Shown here: positions 29,596 through 41,500 of the stretch, in pieces
Layout: the number at the start of each line of letters is the position of its first letter
Numbering within the stretch: the stretch's first letter is position 1
Source of the DNA: a virus
DNA length: 64,000 nucleotides
Strand: one strand, 5' to 3'
IMG/VR virus record: IMGVR_UViG_3300028030_000007
Location: 24,342 to 88,341 of that record
Program-made: the position numbers and the translations under genes
The notes under the pieces: generated by a model
Told to the model about the DNA's origin: nothing
What the model saw: the letters and a program-made list of their open reading frames with translations, nothing else
Database searches by the model: none

Positions 29596-32500
29596 AATTA
29601 CTTGATGGAATAAGATACGGTGACTATAACAATGTTAATACATTTCCACCAAATGTGGAAAAATATGCGACAATAAATGAACAACAACAATACTTGATGG
29701 TCGTTGATGGGCCTGATAAAAATTATGATATAGGATCTGAAAATTTAAGATTCCTGATCTCAAAGTCAAACTTCAAGTATGAAAATTCGTCCGGTCGTTG
29801 GGTTGTAAACGCCGGTATATTTGAAGAAACTAACAGTAAATTCGCTGACGTTGGTAAGGACCTAACATTAGACCCGATACCACCTGATGGGTCTTATCCA
29901 ATAGTTAAATTTTGCAATGAACTAGGTCTAACTCCTGTTCAAATGACAGATGAAACGTTGTCTAAACCATCAAGCGGAAAAGTTGCGTGGTCAGTAGATT
30001 CAGGGAAAATCTTACTTAATGACGATGACGTTTCTAAACATGAAGGAAAACAGATATCGTACGACGGTTATTATGATGACATAATGTCATTTGCTAGGAG
30101 CAAGATACAACACCCAGAGACTGACGCTAGTGTTGTATTTGATAAGATAAATAAATCTATATATGTGTTTGGAGTAAAGTCTGGATCACCGAATTACTAT
30201 TTTATGACAGAGTGGAAAGATGATCACAATCCACCAAAAGATTATGCATACATAGATCCAGATACTGGCGCGTTGTACATAAACCAGGATAGCGTTTCAC
30301 AACTAAAATCCGATGGATATGACATATACTATGTTATAGCATCACTTAAAATTGATGGAGCTATAACTTACTTTTATAGAAGTTCAAACAATACAAACGG
30401 TGAACCTGAGGTTCCCGATTTCACTATGATAACGAGCTTCACCGATGAAATGATCGTAAGTGAACTCATTCCATCACATACTGTAAGTCTTAGCCCTGTT
30501 CCATTGACATACAGCTTAACGGTAGAAATAAAAGACAATCCGAATAACAATAATGATTATACCGGGCAACTTTCTAGTGCTTACAATCCGAAATACAGGT
30601 ATAATTATGTGATTGATTGTTTAACGTCACAGCTTAGCATGTATGAAAACAAAAAGATGCTAAAAGTGATGGAGAAAGACTCGCCATTCATAAACTTAGA
30701 TGATTCGTATTTGTTTGGATATAACTCATATGTAAAGAAAAACGGTCAATTCCTGGTAAGTGATCAAGATTATTTTTTGAACGCTCAAGCCGGAATAATT
30801 GAGTTTATAAAACCGATGGGTGTCGGTAGTGCTTACTCACACATGGATGAGAAAGCATATTTTAATGGAACAATACTATCATTAGACAATATAGTATTTA
30901 CTGATAGTTATGTTGGATACTATGTTAGAAATGGATCTGAATATTATAAAATACTGTCTGTTACTAATGGACTAGCTACTATAGACTCTAACGTTACCAG
31001 CGGGGAAGCTACAGTAGATATAATAGACGGTTATGAAGTATCAGTTGAAAACGTTTTATATAAATTAAACTCAATACCTAAAAAATTCAATATGGTCATT
31101 GAAAACTCTGGTAACTCACTTGTTGTTGAGTGGTCAGACATAACGGTGAATGCTCAAGCCGGGCAAATAATGTTATCATTTAGGCTAAAACCCGGTGATA
31201 AAGTAACTACAACATATACTTATGTTGAAAGTGACGGATCCGAACACACAACAACAGAAGTCGCTGAGTGGGAAAATAGTGAAGTCGCCTCGATTTCTAA
31301 CGGAATAATAACATTCAATGAGCATGGAAATGAACTTGTACACACGTCAATAGACGTGTACGTTGGTGGCAGAGAATACGTATCGGGAATATTAATTAAA
31401 GACAATAGTCACATACAACTGTTGGAAAAAGTTGACGAAAGTAAAAATATAAGGATTAGATACAGCACGTATCAATCCAATGGCGGTCAAGGTGTTGTTC
31501 AATTACAAAATGAAAACGTTTTAGTCGATGAACTTAAAACAAACAAAAATACGAATAAAATAGTCCTGAACGGTAAATATGATATACCTAATAATGCAGC
31601 AATATTGATAGATAATATGGAATGCATAATTGAAACAGCGTCATCATATGACTCCAGCAATGATGAAACAACAATATACATGGCACGAAATCCAACGATA
31701 GAATCTGACAACATTATGGTGTCGGATTCTAAGATTGTGTTTGACGGGGTAGTCGATGAATCTCTCGTTGAATCAATAGCTAAAAACTCAAACTCAGTCA
31801 GTCTAACTGGACAGTTTGACATACCGCCGAATTCAATAATAACTGTTGGTGGTGACTCGTACATCGTATCTCATTCAGAGTTCGCAGATGGAAAAACCAA
31901 GGTAACTGTCAAACAATCATTCATAAAAAGCTACGTGGTATCTTCCTTGCTCTTTACGACTCTTCCGGTATATCAGGAAGGTGACAGTGTTCTGAAGCCA
32001 GGAAAACCCATCCACGGGCCTTCAGGACTATATGTTATAAGAAATGGTCAAAAACTACCATCATCTGATTATTCATACTCAGACAGTAGTGATGTTACTC
32101 TGAATAGTCCAATAGGGAAGGGTGACAAGATACAACTTCTTTATGCATACCATAACATGCAACACGCAGGAGACATGTTTGAAGTTGATTATCTTTATGG
32201 AATTATACCATCAAATGACAATGAGATACTAGGTCAATCCCTTGTGATGACGTTTGATGTTTATTCACCGGACACATTCTTTTATAGAACTATAGAAGAC
32301 GAAAAATTTAAGCCAGATGTCATAAGTTTTATAAATTCACTCTCACCTAGTAGAACAGCAACCGGACCCGTTGTGATGAAGTCATCCTCGGTATCAAATT
32401 ATGATAGTGGAATACCGGGGTTTTATTACAATCTAAAATTTTTGAATAATTGTGACTATTTTGTGGGAACGGCACTACTTTACTATTGTGACATTATAGA

Positions 32501-34277
32501 CGTACTTGATAATATAGTATCCAACTGTGACGGAACAGTTGTTGGTGGGTCTGATGGGAAGTTTAGGTATGACGGTGAATACAGGGTAGCAGATACTATT
32601 AAAGATGTGAAAAATGATATAAACGATGATCTAAGGTATAAATTAACATCTTCAATATCATCGATGACTCCATACACAATATCATATGAGTATGAATACA
32701 AACGAATGTATGAAACGTTTTCATACAGTAGAATTTATCCACAACTTGTTACTATTGATTGTCCAATAAATGATAAAACAGGGAAAGATGACGCTGGGGA
32801 AATAATAGGATCAACCGGATACGCGAATGTTACTGACGTGTATGAACTCGTTGAATCAAGACCTAGAGTAATTTTCACTAGTACCGTTGAAACATCTGGT
32901 CAAACTAACATGTTTGTCTCATACGATGACAATGAGCCAATACTTCATATAAAATTTGGTGATGAAATAGATGTATATGATGGATATGGAAACAAGTTCA
33001 ATAGTTATCCAGTTGTATATGCAGATGATGATCGTGTAATAATTAATGGTGTGTTACCATTTACATCAGGATCTGTACAAAAGAAAACCATAACTCAAGA
33101 TTATGTGATAGGCGCGAGTTATGTTATAAACTCCGAGACCGGTGAAATTAAAAATGCTTATTGTAAAGGATGTGATTCATACTTCAAGGCCATAGATGAA
33201 AACTCAGTCGTTAAAGTGACTCTGGCGTTTAATAACTCTGACACATCACCACTCAGATTACCGGCTTTGTTCAGTAGTCCCCATTGCGACGATGGAAATT
33301 TACCGGAACCGTTACTTTTCCGTGATAATGAAATTTCGTTCATTGAACAAGAAAAGTACACAATGAACAAGATTGGGTTTGGGAAAGTAGACTCTATAAC
33401 AAATAAGATATATGACGCTAATGGAATGGTAGTAGCGGGTGATACGATAAAATTTGTAAATGGTCCGAACTCAGGTCAGACAGCTAACGTGTTGTCAACG
33501 ACTGGCTCTAGTTTTATTGTTGATAAGTACTTTTCAAATGCAGATCCTACCGGAAGTGATTTCATTTTATCAGATTTAGTATACAAAGTGTTAGACAGTG
33601 AAATTGATATAATATCAACAAATACTTATTCTAGTGGGAACGTTGATCATCTAGCCTCACAATTCCAACAATTTGATGATTTTGTTTCTAAAATTAGTGA
33701 CATCGTAGCGTCCGGCTCATATACTGTAATAAGTTCGAATTCAATAGGAACAAATGGAGTTGGAGATGCGAAATCCGGTGACGTTCTATATATGAGAACT
33801 AACGGTGGTAGTAGATCCATCTATATGATAAAGGAAGTTAACGGAACGTCAATAACAATTGATGGTAATCTAGACTTTCCTGTAGATGGAACATTTCAAG
33901 TGGCTCGTATGAGTATGATAACGTCAACGACGTTGATCGTTGCATTAAACGATTTCATGGTTTCTACATCAAACTTCCTTGATGATACGCAAGCGTGGAA
34001 GGCTTCTGTATCGTATAGTGGCATATCGGGTCGAATGATAAAATTCAATGAAAGAAGATCTGATATCGAATCATTTCTGACTTCAATAAGACAAACGCTC
34101 AAACAACTCAATGAGGAGAGATATCTGTGGGTAAAACTAAAGACGGACAAACTGTCGGGAATAACAATACTGATAGGAAGAGAGGAAGAAAGTATAGACG
34201 ACGCGATCAAAGAGCTGCAGCAAAATCAAAAAGTACAACTTTTAATGGAAAAAATGAGTGGTCTGACTGGAACATGA
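29592..34277 (+). CDS. Large baseplate or tail structural protein, 1561 aa
   Basis: Beta-rich repeated modules (e.g. VNAQAGQIMLSFRLKPGDKVTTTYTY) and a helical C-terminus, within the baseplate cluster. Confidence 0.7.
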   Translation: MKLLDGIRYGDYNNVNTFPPNVEKYATINEQQQYLMVVDGPDKNYDIGSENLRFLISKSNFKYENSSGRWVVNAGIFEETNSKFADVGKDLTLDPIPPDGSYPIVKFCNELGLTPVQMTDETLSKPSSGKVAWSVDSGKILLNDDDVSKHEGKQISYDGYYDDIMSFARSKIQHPETDASVVFDKINKSIYVFGVKSGSPNYYFMTEWKDDHNPPKDYAYIDPDTGALYINQDSVSQLKSDGYDIYYVIASLKIDGAITYFYRSSNNTNGEPEVPDFTMITSFTDEMIVSELIPSHTVSLSPVPLTYSLTVEIKDNPNNNNDYTGQLSSAYNPKYRYNYVIDCLTSQLSMYENKKMLKVMEKDSPFINLDDSYLFGYNSYVKKNGQFLVSDQDYFLNAQAGIIEFIKPMGVGSAYSHMDEKAYFNGTILSLDNIVFTDSYVGYYVRNGSEYYKILSVTNGLATIDSNVTSGEATVDIIDGYEVSVENVLYKLNSIPKKFNMVIENSGNSLVVEWSDITVNAQAGQIMLSFRLKPGDKVTTTYTYVESDGSEHTTTEVAEWENSEVASISNGIITFNEHGNELVHTSIDVYVGGREYVSGILIKDNSHIQLLEKVDESKNIRIRYSTYQSNGGQGVVQLQNENVLVDELKTNKNTNKIVLNGKYDIPNNAAILIDNMECIIETASSYDSSNDETTIYMARNPTIESDNIMVSDSKIVFDGVVDESLVESIAKNSNSVSLTGQFDIPPNSIITVGGDSYIVSHSEFADGKTKVTVKQSFIKSYVVSSLLFTTLPVYQEGDSVLKPGKPIHGPSGLYVIRNGQKLPSSDYSYSDSSDVTLNSPIGKGDKIQLLYAYHNMQHAGDMFEVDYLYGIIPSNDNEILGQSLVMTFDVYSPDTFFYRTIEDEKFKPDVISFINSLSPSRTATGPVVMKSSSVSNYDSGIPGFYYNLKFLNNCDYFVGTALLYYCDIIDVLDNIVSNCDGTVVGGSDGKFRYDGEYRVADTIKDVKNDINDDLRYKLTSSISSMTPYTISYEYEYKRMYETFSYSRIYPQLVTIDCPINDKTGKDDAGEIIGSTGYANVTDVYELVESRPRVIFTSTVETSGQTNMFVSYDDNEPILHIKFGDEIDVYDGYGNKFNSYPVVYADDDRVIINGVLPFTSGSVQKKTITQDYVIGASYVINSETGEIKNAYCKGCDSYFKAIDENSVVKVTLAFNNSDTSPLRLPALFSSPHCDDGNLPEPLLFRDNEISFIEQEKYTMNKIGFGKVDSITNKIYDANGMVVAGDTIKFVNGPNSGQTANVLSTTGSSFIVDKYFSNADPTGSDFILSDLVYKVLDSEIDIISTNTYSSGNVDHLASQFQQFDDFVSKISDIVASGSYTVISSNSIGTNGVGDAKSGDVLYMRTNGGSRSIYMIKEVNGTSITIDGNLDFPVDGTFQVARMSMITSTTLIVALNDFMVSTSNFLDDTQAWKASVSYSGISGRMIKFNERRSDIESFLTSIRQTLKQLNEERYLWVKLKTDKLSGITILIGREEESIDDAIKELQQNQKVQLLMEKMSGLTGT

Positions 34278-34393
34278 GAAATGATGATTTTGTACAAAAG
34301 CTCAAGAATCTAAAAGGTATACTTGAAGCGTCTATGGAGAAGGAAAAGAAAAAAGTAAGAATCATACAACAAAAAATAGAAAAGTATAAATAA
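34274..34393 (+). CDS. Small basic coiled-coil protein (39 aa)
   Basis: MRNDDFVQKLKNLKG...; ATGA overlap with the upstream stop and abuts the next ATG. Confidence 0.55.
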   Translation: MRNDDFVQKLKNLKGILEASMEKEKKKVRIIQQKIEKYK

Positions 34394-36781
34394 ATGTCTG
34401 AAGAGAAACAAAGTTGGCAAAATGGTATTATAAAGTTTAGTGGTTTTGACACAGAACCACTAGATAGTATCATAGACGCTCTTCAATCTGTAGAAGATGC
34501 TCTTCAAGCTATCATAGACATTTTGCAAGCATTTATGATCGATGTTAATCCGTTTAGCATCGGTGGTATCATAAATGCTTTTATCCAAGCTATAAAAGAT
34601 TTTCTTGAACAAATAACTAACTCAGGATTATTTATACTACCGATCATTCCTGATATGTCAAGGGATGACCTTCAATCAATCATTGAATCAATACACGGTG
34701 GATATGATAAGTTTGAGTCAAAAGTAGTTGGAAAACTTTTAGATGAAGCTGATATAAATCGTCCTGAGTTTAATACTAAGATGAGCGTGGCTATGATGGT
34801 CATGTATATGGGTGCTGATTATCCATACGAACTCATTAGAGAAATAATGGCATTGATGCAGCTTCTTAATGTTGCTAACAAAGAGCTGTTTCTTCCCGCC
34901 CCAATAAATGTAAAAGTAAATCAAATAAAACAAAGTGGAGATGTTGTCGGAAGTTTCAAAGAACTTTTTGACTCTGATGATGAACTGAATAATTCTTCCC
35001 TTGTCGTTGAGTGGACTATGGGAAGTGCGTCTGCTAACGTTGAGGGAGCGATAATAAATAGAGTAACGTCAATGATATCTACCTATAGCTATCCGAATTT
35101 TCTTATTGAAAGATTTGAAAGTAAGAAAAAGACAATTGTTAAATTAGACTCACCGGGCGGGACGTTTGTAAGCAAGGCAAATGAATCAATAAAGGTATAT
35201 ACAGAAAATTCAAACCCACTAGTTACCACTAAGGTTTCATTAAGAGAGAAGGATGGGTCAATATTTAATGTACCTAATAAGGTAATGTTTTATGATAGTT
35301 CTGATGGTACGTCAAATATTATAGATAACATAACAGATAGTTTTAAATTCACTGATAGTAATCTAGAACCAGAAACCAGTTATTATTACAGGGTGAGAGC
35401 TTGTTTTGGTGACCCAAGCAAGTATATTGAGGCTGTTGACGATTTCAATAGCGGTAATGACAAAGCCTTTGATAATTATTATAAGAAAACTCCTGCAAAT
35501 GAATGCATACTTGAATTCGGTGGTGACTTTCATATGGGAAGATCATCACTTATGGTTGATGGTAAGATAGTAGACGCGATAACAAAGGTCCCAGGATCAT
35601 TGTCTAGTGATAATGATTTATATAATCAGGTTCATACTGTTATACTAGCCGGTGCTATACTTGGGATGGACATGCAGCCGTATAGACAGTATGATGATGA
35701 TTACCTTGTAAAAATGAAGACAGGATTTGGACTATTATCTAGTCTTCATAGCGATCTTCAAATGCTTAGGGGTGTTGAAAAATACTCATATGGATTTGCT
35801 AGGAGTAAATTAGTCTCAATATCTGTAAGAAAGTTAGCCAATAAAATAGTTGAAAGTCTGATAAATAATTATGAATTTAGGAATGATGTAGTCTATAAAC
35901 TCAGTGAAGCGTTCGAAATAGCAAGTACAATAACACATAGTAATGTAAGCTACATGTTATTCTATGATAAAACAGCGTCAGTTGGAATACAAAATGACGT
36001 GTTACTCGATGAATACCTAAGATTACCACTAAAGGATCCATTCAGAGTTGAGTATGCTCAGATAACGTCAGATAAACAGATACGTTTAGATTTCCCAATA
36101 CCACTTGAGCACGTTTCATATGAGTCTAGACAAAAGATAGCGGACGCTATAAATCAAATGATGGTATTAGACTCGTACAATAGTGGATATTTACAGTGGA
36201 GGTCAATAACTGTTGGGGACCTGTTTAATACAATAGTGCCATTCGTTATGGATCTGATTAATTATCTAGACTCACTCATGCATGCTTTAAAGAGTATACT
36301 ATCTAAAATAATACGTTTGTTAGAAAATCTTAAACAAAAAATAAATGATCTTAAATATATCATAGAAGCGATAGAAGCAATAATAAAGATGCTCGTGTTA
36401 GACATTAACGTATCGCTTCTAACCTATAGTGGTGATGCTACAAATCAAGATTTGGTTGATATAATGAGAAATTCTGACAATAAACCAAGTCTAAACTCTA
36501 ATAATAACTGTCATTCGGGTATTGTGTTCTTAGCTGGCGGTCCTGGGTCTGGTGCCGTTCGAGCGGTGGAAACGTTGGCGTTTTTACTAACGTTAGGGCA
36601 GATGAAACCGGAGTCAGGAGTTAACCCACAAATTGATAAATTGTTAGAATCATACGATGACACAAAAGAAAAGATCGATGAAACGTATGATGATATATTT
36701 GAACCGGATGATATATCAGAAGATGAAGAAAAGAACAAGAAAATAATAAGAGGCGATATTGATAAACTTTCAAATCTTTAG
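34394..36781 (+). CDS. Baseplate-region protein with helical termini and an Fn3-like segment
   Basis: LPAPINVKV...LVVEW...FTDSNLEPETSYYYRVRA. Confidence 0.65.
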   Translation: MSEEKQSWQNGIIKFSGFDTEPLDSIIDALQSVEDALQAIIDILQAFMIDVNPFSIGGIINAFIQAIKDFLEQITNSGLFILPIIPDMSRDDLQSIIESIHGGYDKFESKVVGKLLDEADINRPEFNTKMSVAMMVMYMGADYPYELIREIMALMQLLNVANKELFLPAPINVKVNQIKQSGDVVGSFKELFDSDDELNNSSLVVEWTMGSASANVEGAIINRVTSMISTYSYPNFLIERFESKKKTIVKLDSPGGTFVSKANESIKVYTENSNPLVTTKVSLREKDGSIFNVPNKVMFYDSSDGTSNIIDNITDSFKFTDSNLEPETSYYYRVRACFGDPSKYIEAVDDFNSGNDKAFDNYYKKTPANECILEFGGDFHMGRSSLMVDGKIVDAITKVPGSLSSDNDLYNQVHTVILAGAILGMDMQPYRQYDDDYLVKMKTGFGLLSSLHSDLQMLRGVEKYSYGFARSKLVSISVRKLANKIVESLINNYEFRNDVVYKLSEAFEIASTITHSNVSYMLFYDKTASVGIQNDVLLDEYLRLPLKDPFRVEYAQITSDKQIRLDFPIPLEHVSYESRQKIADAINQMMVLDSYNSGYLQWRSITVGDLFNTIVPFVMDLINYLDSLMHALKSILSKIIRLLENLKQKINDLKYIIEAIEAIIKMLVLDINVSLLTYSGDATNQDLVDIMRNSDNKPSLNSNNNCHSGIVFLAGGPGSGAVRAVETLAFLLTLGQMKPESGVNPQIDKLLESYDDTKEKIDETYDDIFEPDDISEDEEKNKKIIRGDIDKLSNL

Positions 36782-36790
36782 GACGTAGTA

Positions 36791-37447
36791 ATGTTTAATT
36801 TCAATGGAGTATTTACAGATAAACAATGGGAAGCTTTCAGAGCTTTCACACTCGTTCAAAGAGTTGATATAGAAAAAAGAATGACGTGGCTAAAAAGGGA
36901 GATACTGAAAACAGGCATATTCACTGCTGAGTATGAGGGAAACTTTCCTAAAAAGTTTTCGGTTTTTCCGTTAGATTCTTATGGTGCTAAATTACTTGAC
37001 GCATACAGAATGTTAGGTGGTGTACCTGAGAGGGACATGCTACTTCGTAATAAAGAGTACCCAGCGTATTTACAAAAGGGTACACAGTCAAGTATGGATG
37101 GCGACGCTACTAAATCGTTTGGATCATCATTCTCTGACGGATTTCAAATAAAGAGTGAAAACATAGACGATAGAGATACAGCTGGTGTCATAATGAGACT
37201 TAAAAGTTGGCAGTCTGACGTGATACAGGCTAAAAGAGAAGCCATTCAATATAGAATAAAAAAAGCGATGGACATGTCAGATCAAATAATTAATGAATAC
37301 GAACTTTTAAGTAAATCATTGAAAGACCAAATAGATCATGATATTGTAATAATATCTATGTATGTATATGATCCAAATAACATACAAATATATGAGGGAG
37401 ACCGATTCGGTCTAGAGAAATTTGAGCATGAAGATCCTCTTACATAA
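36791..37447 (+). CDS. Hypothetical baseplate-region protein
   Basis: 218-aa ORF with AGGA upstream. Confidence 0.65.
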   Translation: MFNFNGVFTDKQWEAFRAFTLVQRVDIEKRMTWLKREILKTGIFTAEYEGNFPKKFSVFPLDSYGAKLLDAYRMLGGVPERDMLLRNKEYPAYLQKGTQSSMDGDATKSFGSSFSDGFQIKSENIDDRDTAGVIMRLKSWQSDVIQAKREAIQYRIKKAMDMSDQIINEYELLSKSLKDQIDHDIVIISMYVYDPNNIQIYEGDRFGLEKFEHEDPLT

Positions 37448-37473
37448 ACCTTTAGTTTACGGTTGTTTGTAAG

Positions 37474-38592
37474 ATGTCTTATGACTTTAGAACACTTAGA
37501 CCGTGCAAGCATAGAGTAGAAAGAGCACAAGCTGTTCTTTCAGTTGATGGGCTCGGTCTTGTATTCGATGATGACGTGGCGTCAACGTCATCGGTAAAAC
37601 TTTATTATGATGGTACGGAAGTCCCCAGAGATGGTCTTTATTCGACGCCACAGCATTTAATAAAAAGTAAACTATCATATAGATTCACATCATCATGCAA
37701 TAAGTTTAAAATAAAGGTTAGTGGTAGTCCGGAAAGAGTTGTGCAACTTCCGATAAAAACAATGCTGACTGCTGACCTATATAGTGTACTGCGATCAAAT
37801 CTGTCAGATATACTGTCAGTGTCACTAGTTGACAATGGGATATTATTAAAATCAAAATCAATAAATCAATCGATAGCATTTATAGATCCTAGATCAACCG
37901 ATAAAGGTGAACTGTTTGATATAACTAAAAATATGTTGTGCACATTGAATACTATCGGTGTTACACCCGGAAGAGTAGCTAAAAGGAAACTGATCGTACC
38001 TGGATGGGACGCTGTAAAATCACCGAGTAACGTCTCCGTGCACACATACATGTTGATGTTTAGGTCAACATTTAAAAGTAAATCGGCTTTGTTTGAACTT
38101 TCGTACAACACAACACCGAGTTCTTGTAGAAGATGTTATGGACTCGGATACGAGTTTGACTATGGGAGACAAAACGATTCATATGAAACTGTTAATGGAA
38201 GGAACTTACTTGTTCAAGAATTTGACAAATTTCTTTATACAAAGTATGGATCGCATTTCAAGTGGCGCTGGTTTGGAACTCAAATCCTGGATAGGATAGG
38301 CGCAAAATCCGTTGGGTATATGATCCAGTCTGATGTAAATAAAGCATTTGATATTTATAAGGATATAAAAACACAACAGATGCATAGTTTCTTGTTTCAA
38401 AATGTGTCTGACGCTGAATTCCCTCAAAACTTAGATGATATATCGGTTTCAATAGATCCAAACGACCCAACTATAACAAAACTTAACATAGTAGTCTCTA
38501 ACTCAACATACGAATCTATTGATCTGTACAAACAAATCAATTCTAACCTTGGAGTTGTCATGTACGACAACTCTTACCTGCTTCGTGGATAA
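37474..38592 (+). CDS. Baseplate wedge / sheath-initiator protein with C-terminal gp25-like domain
   Basis: CRRCYG knuckle, then VNGRNLLVQEFDKFLYTKYGSHFKWRWFGTQILDRIG...DISVSIDPNDPT; lies directly before the baseplate-J gene. Confidence 0.7.
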   Translation: MSYDFRTLRPCKHRVERAQAVLSVDGLGLVFDDDVASTSSVKLYYDGTEVPRDGLYSTPQHLIKSKLSYRFTSSCNKFKIKVSGSPERVVQLPIKTMLTADLYSVLRSNLSDILSVSLVDNGILLKSKSINQSIAFIDPRSTDKGELFDITKNMLCTLNTIGVTPGRVAKRKLIVPGWDAVKSPSNVSVHTYMLMFRSTFKSKSALFELSYNTTPSSCRRCYGLGYEFDYGRQNDSYETVNGRNLLVQEFDKFLYTKYGSHFKWRWFGTQILDRIGAKSVGYMIQSDVNKAFDIYKDIKTQQMHSFLFQNVSDAEFPQNLDDISVSIDPNDPTITKLNIVVSNSTYESIDLYKQINSNLGVVMYDNSYLLRG

Positions 38593-38597
38593 AACCT

Positions 38598-41500
38598 ATG
38601 GCTTCTACTCCTGTTGTATCAGTTTTTGATAATAATTATGTGGAAAGCTTGAGCTTTTACACGAATAGCCAGGATGTGTTCATTCATGGAATCATAGATA
38701 GTAATGCTGTTGATGTACAAGTTTCAATAGATGGAGGTCAATACACATCAGACAGTTCATTAGTTAAAATTGATGGAACGTCAATCACGGTTCCTAACCC
38801 AGATAGTTTCCAAGATGGCTATGAACTTCATGACGGGTCGAATGAGATAAAAATAAGGTCAATAGACATAAACGGATCTGCGAGTCAAGCGGCTGTTGTG
38901 TCTATCAATTATATATCATCATCCCCTACCATGTATTACCCACCGTCTGGTGTTTATGTAAAAAGGAATTCGAATGACGTTGAGGTTTTCTGGTCAATAA
39001 CTGGAAACGTATCAAAACTTGTCGGGTTTAACGTCTATGCGTCAACATTGCCCGGTGGGCTAGGTTCTGGATATTTGAAACTTAATCTAAACACCGTACC
39101 TAGTGATTCAATATATGATACTAAAGCACAATATGATGAAATAGACTCAATATCATACACTAGTATTGACACTACTAACGGATATTTAAATATAAAATCA
39201 TCAGTTAGTAGCCTGATTAATCCAACAAATGAAACTACAAAAACAATAAATTCTATAGATGTATTGGATTATAGCGCTGTAAAACTTGACGTTACTGTAT
39301 CTGAAACTACGCTAACTAACGTATATAGATTTGTCCATGATAGGTCTGGTCTTGCGTCAAAAGGGATCTTAAACAGTGACACGTTTGACGCCGTTAACAC
39401 TGAGGATGATATATACTATGTTGTTACGGCACTATATAAGGATTCAAATAATAACGTGTATGAAAGCGCATACTCTATCGAAATATCAGGGAAACCACTT
39501 AATATGGACTCAACGATAGTTGGTATAGACATAAGATCCGATAGTGATATATCGACTAGCTACATTCAATATATTCAATCAACGAATCCAGAACTTTCAT
39601 TGATTCCCGGATCGACGATAAGAGAGATTCACATTGAACCGTTGGCTAATGAGGTTCAAAAAGTTTATTTCCTGGCTGACTTCGTTCATCGATCGAAATC
39701 ATTCCATGCTTTACTTCAGATTGATGATCCGAATAGAACAGGGCAGTCAATACCGGTCGATAACTCACAGTATAAGATAAGTTTAAGGAACGCTCTTAAC
39801 ACATCAGATAACGTAGCGGTTCAAACTTTGATAGACGCGGCGTTTTCTTCCCTATCAGAAAACTTCGGAGTGACAAGGGGTGGCAAGACCGCCGCGTCTG
39901 TTATCCAAACGTTTTACACTACCACAAGACCCACGAAAGATATCAAAATATCCGTTGATACGATAGTCGGTTCATCGTCATCACCACAGTCCCCTAGATT
40001 CTATTCTAAGGGAGTGTACTATATGTATTATTCAGATATTGATAGCTATTATAATTCTGATGAAGATAGATATGAAATCGATGTTGAAATGTACGCGGAG
40101 TGGCCGGGATCATCTGGGAACCTGCCAGCCGGTGCCATAGACTCAGTGCTGTCGAATGATATCGGTTTTAAGACCGTGAATAAAAACGCGGCGTATGGCG
40201 GCGCAGATGAGATGACAAACACGCAGCTCGCTGAAGCGGCCATGAGAAAGCTAACGTCCCTTGATACCGGCACTATAGGCGGGTATATGGACACCGCCGC
40301 GTCTGTTCCTGGAGTGACTGACGTGATAGTCGTAGAGTCCGGAAGCGACTATATGATGCGTGATTGGGATGAAGTTAGGGGAAAACACATTGGAGGGAAA
40401 GTCGATGTGTACGTTCGCGGGTCAATAGATAGAACGATCACCCAAATGTTCGCGTTCAAGTCCATGGAGGCTAAGTCCATGAGGTTTGACGTGATCGACC
40501 CGGTAAATCTTATCTTTAGATCATTCGATACTAACTTAAACTCTAATAATACAATAGTAAAACTAATTAGTCTAACAAATAACACAGTATCATCTAGTTA
40601 TGATATAGTTGGATACAAGATACTTGACTACAATACTATCCAACTATCGAGCACTGTGTCTCAACCAGTCACCACAGTGGATGATTTTGTTGTTGGCAAT
40701 TACCTATATAGTGTAAATAAATATATTCCAACTATTCAGCCTATCGAAAGAATAGTGTCACTTACTGGTGAGATCACCGGTCAATTGGAAGAGGATATTG
40801 ATTATAAGCTATATAAATCAGAGGATCTGCTTCTTTTGGGTGGTAGTACGAAAGCGTCAGACTACGTTTCTGTTACGAATTTGAATTCCCAGCAAATTCA
40901 CGTATCTGACGAGAGCCACGTTCTCGTCGATTTGTTTGAACAACCGTTAGGGAAGGTTGGTGTAGACGTTTCTTCTGTTGTTGTGACAGATTCTGGGTCG
41001 ATCACCACATACAAGGGATACGGTTATCCAGACCCGGATTATGAGGTCGATGATACAGGGAATCGAGTAACAATAAGAAGAACGGTCGGGTCTGCTATAC
41101 CGAATGGGTCTACTGTTTTAATATCATATGACTATAATGAAAACTTTGTTATCGAATACGTAGTTAACGATGTTGTTCAACGAGTGGATGATGAGATACA
41201 GAAAATGCGTCATACAACAGCGGATGTTGTAGTAAAGTCGGCGTTTGAAAACTATGTGGATCTGGCTTGCACTGTCATTTTGCGCCAGGGAGCTTCAAAA
41301 TCTGAGGTCGATAGTCAGATAAGAACTGAGCTTACAACACTTTCTACGTCAAGAAAAATCGGTGAGCCAATATATCAATCAGACATTATAGGACGTATGG
41401 AAAACGTTACCGGTGTTGACTTTATCGTCCAACCACTGCAAAGATTTACGTTAGGCGATGGATCGATGAGATTCATGGAAACCGTCATGGAAACCATGAT